Shown: in pieces, positions 59,801-64,000 of the stretch
Numbering within the stretch: the stretch's first letter is position 1
How the letters are laid out: each line of letters opens with the position of its first letter
Assembly (NCBI GenBank): GCA_963801605.1
Contig: CAWDFP010000006.1
Location: forward strand, 960,001 to 1,024,000
Source: an uncultured candidate division Zixibacteria bacterium
Lineage (GTDB): Bacteria > Zixibacteria > MSB-5A5 > UBA10806
Direction: 5' to 3'
DNA length: 64,000 bases
Notes under the pieces: model-generated
Seen by the model: the letters and a program-made list of their open reading frames with translations, nothing else
Databases searched by the model: none
Told to the model about the DNA's origin: nothing
Position numbers and translations under genes: made by a program

Positions 59801-60970
59801 ATGAGAAACGTTTACCTTGATCATAATGCCACTACTCCAGTTCACCCGGATGTTCTGGAAGCTATGTTGCCATTTTTTAGCGAGAGATTTGGCAATGCCA
59901 GCTCTATCCATACCAGCGGACGCGACGCCAAAGCGGCCTTAGAGGACGCTCGAAATAAAATCGCGGAGCTTCTTGCCTGCAAATCATCGGAAATTTATTT
60001 TACATCGGGCGGCACCGAATCGGACAACTTCGCAATTAAAGGCACAGCCTTTGCCAATAGAAGCAAAGGTAAGCATATAATCACGTCACCAATAGAGCAT
60101 CATGCCGTCACAAGATCCTGCGAATTCCTTCAAAAAGAGGGATTCGAGATCACTTACTTGCCGGTCGATTCCGTAGGTTTGGTTGATCCTGATGAGCTTC
60201 GACGTGCCATAAAAAGCAATACTACTCTGGTTACAATAATGTATGCGAACAATGAGACCGGTATCATTCAAGATCTCAAGGAACTTGTCTCGGTGGCACA
60301 TCAAAGTGGTGTATACTTTCATACCGATGCCGTCCAGGCTACCGGTAAGATGGCATATAAAATCCCCGAATTGGGATGTGATTTGCTTTCGATTTCGGCT
60401 CATAAGCTTTACGGTCCTAAGGGAGTCGGTCTTCTTTATGTTAAATCCGGCACAAAAATCCAACCCTGGAACGAAGGAGGCGGCCACGAGCGAGGCCGTC
60501 GCGCCGGTACCGAAAATGTCGCTGGAATAGTCGGCCTGGCCAAAGCCCTTGAAATTGCTTATCGCGATATGGAGAAGGAAACAACCAAGCTTCTATCATT
60601 AACTCACCGTTTTTATGAATTAATCAAGGAGCGGATTCCGGATATCCGTCTTAACGGAAGTTTTGAACGGCGCGTCCCCAATACGTTGAATATCTCCTTT
60701 AAAGCAATCGAGGGAGAATCGATGATCCTTTCTCTTGATATGAAAGGTGTTTCCGTATCATCCGGCTCAGCATGCACTTCTGGAGCGACGGAACCTTCGC
60801 ATGTTCTCTTAGCTATGAAAGTACCGCCGGAATTAGCGCATGGTTCGCTGCGCTTTTCATTCGGCCGAAGTAATAGCGACGAGGATATTGATTATGTGGT
60901 TGACGTATTGGCCAAAGAAGTGCAACGTTTAAGGAATATCTCCCCGCTTTACGTTAAATCGGGGAATTAA
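59801..60970 (+). CDS. iscS: Cysteine desulfurase (IscS/NifS)
   Basis: YLDHNATT, FTSGGTESDN, HTDAVQ, SAHKLYGPKG, SSGSACTS. Confidence 0.95.
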   Translation: MRNVYLDHNATTPVHPDVLEAMLPFFSERFGNASSIHTSGRDAKAALEDARNKIAELLACKSSEIYFTSGGTESDNFAIKGTAFANRSKGKHIITSPIEHHAVTRSCEFLQKEGFEITYLPVDSVGLVDPDELRRAIKSNTTLVTIMYANNETGIIQDLKELVSVAHQSGVYFHTDAVQATGKMAYKIPELGCDLLSISAHKLYGPKGVGLLYVKSGTKIQPWNEGGGHERGRRAGTENVAGIVGLAKALEIAYRDMEKETTKLLSLTHRFYELIKERIPDIRLNGSFERRVPNTLNISFKAIEGESMILSLDMKGVSVSSGSACTSGATEPSHVLLAMKVPPELAHGSLRFSFGRSNSDEDIDYVVDVLAKEVQRLRNISPLYVKSGN

Positions 60971-60990
60971 TTATAATTAATATTTTCGAG

Positions 60991-61017
60991 GAGCCCCGGT
61001 CGCTCCGGGGCTTTTTT
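60991..61017 (+). terminator. Terminator-like hairpin between iscS and mnmA
   Basis: gagccccgg-tcgct-ccggggctt followed by a T run, ending 5 nt before the mnmA ATG. Confidence 0.65.
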
Positions 61018-61022
61018 CATAG

Positions 61023-62096
61023 ATGAAAGTACTTGTAGGAATGTCAGGCGGTGTGGATAGCTCGGTCGCTGCCGCTTTATTGTTGGAGCAGGGATATGAT
61101 GTCGTTGGTGTCACCCTGAAGCTCTATGACTATGCCGAGCTTGATTTCGAGCCACCCGATGGTGGTTGCTGTTCGCTCGATCACATTAACGATGCGCGTG
61201 CCGTGTGTGCAAAACTGGGAGTCCCGCACTATGTCATCGATCTACAGGAATCATTCCGTAAAAATGTAATTGATAAATTTGCTGATCAATACAGCAGGGG
61301 CAGAACGCCAAACCCATGTATCGATTGCAATCGTTTCTTGAAATGGGGCGAGATGCTTTCGGTTGCCGACAAGCTTGGATGCGAATTTGTTGCGACCGGA
61401 CACTACGCCAGAATTGAGAGAATGGGCCAATCCGTGAATCTGTTCAAAGCGCGTGATAATAATAAGGATCAATCGTACGCACTTTGGGGAATCGGATCAG
61501 TGGCGTTAGCGCGCACGCTTTTGCCAGTAGGCGAGTTTACCAAGCCCGAAATACGCGATATTGCTCAAAAGCATGGCTTCCGCAACGCCAACAGGCCGGA
61601 TAGCCAGGATATCTGTTTTGTGCCAGCGGGAGACTATGCGTCAATTGTTAAAAAATATCGTCAAGCTTCTGATGGATCGCTGCAGCCAGGCCCAATCTTG
61701 GATAGCAATGGCAAAAAGATCGGCGAGCATAAAGGGTATGCCTATTATACGATCGGACAAAGACGGGGATTTGGTATCGCCGCTAAGGAACCGCTGTATG
61801 TTACGAAAATAAATCCTACGGATCGCAGCATAACCGTGGGTAGGGATGAGGATCTTTTTCGGAAGCGATTCTCTGTCGTCGATATCAATCTTCTGACATC
61901 CGAAATGCCGGAAATCGTGACCGTAAAAATCAGGTATAAGCACCAGGGAAGCAAGGCGATTGTGGAGCTATCGCCAGATGGCGCTATGGTATCATTTTTA
62001 GAACCGGAACGCGCCATTACTTCAGGGCAATCGGCGGTATTCTATGATGGAGATCGTGTCCTGGGGGGCGGGGTAATCGATAAATTACTGGACTGA
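61023..62096 (+). CDS. mnmA: tRNA-specific 2-thiouridylase
   Basis: MSGGVDSS, TPNPCIDCN, ATGHYAR, KDQSY, DSQDICF, YTIGQRRG. Confidence 0.96.
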   Translation: MKVLVGMSGGVDSSVAAALLLEQGYDVVGVTLKLYDYAELDFEPPDGGCCSLDHINDARAVCAKLGVPHYVIDLQESFRKNVIDKFADQYSRGRTPNPCIDCNRFLKWGEMLSVADKLGCEFVATGHYARIERMGQSVNLFKARDNNKDQSYALWGIGSVALARTLLPVGEFTKPEIRDIAQKHGFRNANRPDSQDICFVPAGDYASIVKKYRQASDGSLQPGPILDSNGKKIGEHKGYAYYTIGQRRGFGIAAKEPLYVTKINPTDRSITVGRDEDLFRKRFSVVDINLLTSEMPEIVTVKIRYKHQGSKAIVELSPDGAMVSFLEPERAITSGQSAVFYDGDRVLGGGVIDKLLD

Positions 62097-62111
62097 ATTG
62101 GTAATAATTTA

Positions 62112-62140
62112 TTGACAGCTTCAATCAGTAGAAATAGATT
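62112..62140 (+). promoter_or_regulatory. Putative sigma70 promoter
   Basis: TTGACA-17 nt-TAGATT upstream of 62167. Confidence 0.5.
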
Positions 62141-62166
62141 TCGTAAACGATAGAAGGGAGGTTGGT

Positions 62167-62853
62167 ATGGTCAATGTAACCTTTATCGGGCATTCCTGCT
62201 TTTTGCTGGATAATGGCACTCACAAGATCCTCATCGACCCATTTATTTCCGGAAATCCGATAGCCAAAATATCCGCGGAACAAAAGAAAGCTGATTTCAT
62301 ACTGATATCTCATGGTCACGGCGATCATTTGGGTGACGCCATCGAATTGGCTAAAACCAACGAGGCGACTATCATCGCCAATAATGAAATAGCCAATTAT
62401 TGTGGCAGTAAAGGCGTAAAAAAGGTTCACCCGCTCCATATCGGAGGCGGGCACACATTTCCTTTTGGATCGGTTAAGCTTACCATAGCTCATCACGGCT
62501 CAACTTTGGGAAACGAGTTCGCTTACGGCGGCGAGCCTGCCGGAATACTGATACGTACAGATGGCATGGTTATTTATCACGCCGGCGATACTGGACTTTT
62601 CCTGGATATGAAGCTAATCGGTGAACTCGATAAAATCGATTTGGCCCTTTTGCCTATCGGAGGCAATTTTACTATGGATGTATCGGATGCTGCCAAGGCT
62701 GTGGAATTCTTACGTCCGCGCTATGCTATACCTATGCACTATAATACCAACCATTTTATTACCGCCGATCCCCATGATTTTGTAAGTAAAATAAAACCCT
62801 TAGGAGCCGAGGGTATTATCTTAAATCCCGGCGAAAACTTCGAGCTAAAGTGA
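62167..62853 (+). CDS. Metallo-beta-lactamase-fold hydrolase (UPF0173-like)
   Basis: GHSCF, IDPF, SHGHGDHLGD, YHAGDT, LPIGG, IPMHY. Confidence 0.92.
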   Translation: MVNVTFIGHSCFLLDNGTHKILIDPFISGNPIAKISAEQKKADFILISHGHGDHLGDAIELAKTNEATIIANNEIANYCGSKGVKKVHPLHIGGGHTFPFGSVKLTIAHHGSTLGNEFAYGGEPAGILIRTDGMVIYHAGDTGLFLDMKLIGELDKIDLALLPIGGNFTMDVSDAAKAVEFLRPRYAIPMHYNTNHFITADPHDFVSKIKPLGAEGIILNPGENFELK

Positions 62854-63818
62854 TACTGGCGAATTGCAGAAAATTAGAAGCCCGGATACGAGTTCTGGGC
62901 TTTTTATTTCTGTTGTTTTTAATTTCAGGTAATTCACATTCGGCCCAGGTCACTTCTTCTTTTCAGGTTCTACCATCCAACGATATTTACGTCGATTCAG
63001 CCCGCTACTTCCTTGATTTTTTTGAACAGAGGCTTTCAAAAACACTTGGATTTACCCTGGATACAACGGTAACGCTTTTTCTGGCAACTAACGATGCTGA
63101 GTTTGTAAAGGATGCCGGTGTTACTCCTCCTGATTGGGGAGCAGGTCTGGCCCTTCTGGATCAGGCTCGCATTGTAATTAAATCACCTAAATACATGCCA
63201 ATTAATCGATCATTTCGTGAGCTTATTGGCCATGAACTGGCTCATATTATGCTTTATCGCGCCGCTGGTGGCCGTTGGCTGCCCCGCTGGCTGCAGGAGG
63301 GGTTTGCCATGTATTCCTCAGGCGAATGGCATATCGGGCAGGATATCCTCGTTGCCCGGGCCGCCTGGACCGGCCGATTGATCCCTCTTCATAAAATGGA
63401 AGACCTGATTACTTTTAAAGGAGGCCAGGCGCAGCTTTCCTATACCGAATCATATCTGGCGGTAAATCATCTCCTTACGAAAGCTGATCCATACTTGCTC
63501 TCCGATTTTTTGACGATGTACAGATCCAACGGCGATTTTTACGCTGATTGGAAAAAGATGGTCGGTCAGGATTATGTGGCTTGGATAACAAGCTGGCTGA
63601 CCGGTACGTCAAGGGAATATCATTTTTTCATCTTTTTACTGGATAACGAAATGTTTTGGATAATTTTGGCCGCACTGTTTATACTGCTGTTTGTCCTTAA
63701 GAAAAGGCAGAATGCCAGGACGAAAAGACGCTGGGAGATCGAGGAGAAACTTAATCCTCCTGATGACAGCTATAAAAGCTATTACGATGGATATTATGAT
63801 GAAGAAGATAAGGTATGA
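62850..63818 (+). CDS. Peptidase MA-like membrane-anchored metalloprotease
   Basis: Signal peptide, HELAH, PRWLQEGFA, C-terminal TM. Confidence 0.8.
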   Translation: MILANCRKLEARIRVLGFLFLLFLISGNSHSAQVTSSFQVLPSNDIYVDSARYFLDFFEQRLSKTLGFTLDTTVTLFLATNDAEFVKDAGVTPPDWGAGLALLDQARIVIKSPKYMPINRSFRELIGHELAHIMLYRAAGGRWLPRWLQEGFAMYSSGEWHIGQDILVARAAWTGRLIPLHKMEDLITFKGGQAQLSYTESYLAVNHLLTKADPYLLSDFLTMYRSNGDFYADWKKMVGQDYVAWITSWLTGTSREYHFFIFLLDNEMFWIILAALFILLFVLKKRQNARTKRRWEIEEKLNPPDDSYKSYYDGYYDEEDKV

Positions 63819-64000
63819 AATAGAATATATCGCCGTAAAAGGAATACTATTTCTGGTCAACCTCATACCCTATAGAATGGCGCTTTGTTTAGGAAACATC
63901 ATCGGCTTTCTGGCCTTTTCAGTATTTAGAATCAGACGAGAGGTAACGCTTACCAACCTAAAAAAGTCTTTTGGAGATCGTTTTACAGATCGACAATATA
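63796..64000 (+). CDS. Lipid A lauroyl/myristoyl acyltransferase (LpxL/HtrB-like), N-terminal fragment
   Basis: Hand translation MMKKIRYEIEYIAVKGILFLVNLIPYRMALCLGNIIGFLAFSVFRIRREVTLTNLKKSFG matches the family N-terminus. Truncated by the window end. Confidence 0.7.
   Translation, partial: MMKKIRYEIEYIAVKGILFLVNLIPYRMALCLGNIIGFLAFSVFRIRREVTLTNLKKSFGDRFTDRQY

Overview
Chromosomal window of a diderm bacterium, probably of the FCB group. The Cys-containing dockerin-type motifs suggest candidate phylum Zixibacteria, which is an inference. Nearly all genes after position 2.4 kb are on the + strand. Housekeeping and envelope genes: pgpA-pgsA, pepF, yajC-def-fmt-RNase E/G, rplU-bamA-skp-lpxD, trxA, tamB-tamA, iscS-mnmA and the start of an lpxL-like gene. 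There are also several peptidases and hydrolases and an ECF sigma/anti-sigma pair. The centrepiece is a 20-kb type IVa pilus locus (33.1-53.2 kb): pilA, pilT, pilV-like, pilW-like, three tandem ~470-aa PilX/ComZ-like large minor pilins, pilMNOPQ, two tandem invasin-like Ig-repeat lipoproteins, pilB with an MshEN domain, and pilC. No pilY1 or pilD is present in the window. Other notable signals: two tandem secreted proteins consisting only of a dockerin-like module; strong enrichment of the Bacteroidota-type O-glycosylation sequon D-(S/T)-(A/I/L/V/M/T) in exported proteins, together with an orphan O-antigen-ligase-like gene; a pseudo-receiver protein with RomR/FrzS-like architecture; and overlapping sigma54/sigma70 promoter motifs upstream of pilA. 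About ten genes carry single-base frameshifts that look like assembly errors rather than pseudogenisation. No rRNA, tRNA, CRISPR array, integrase or transposase was recognised.
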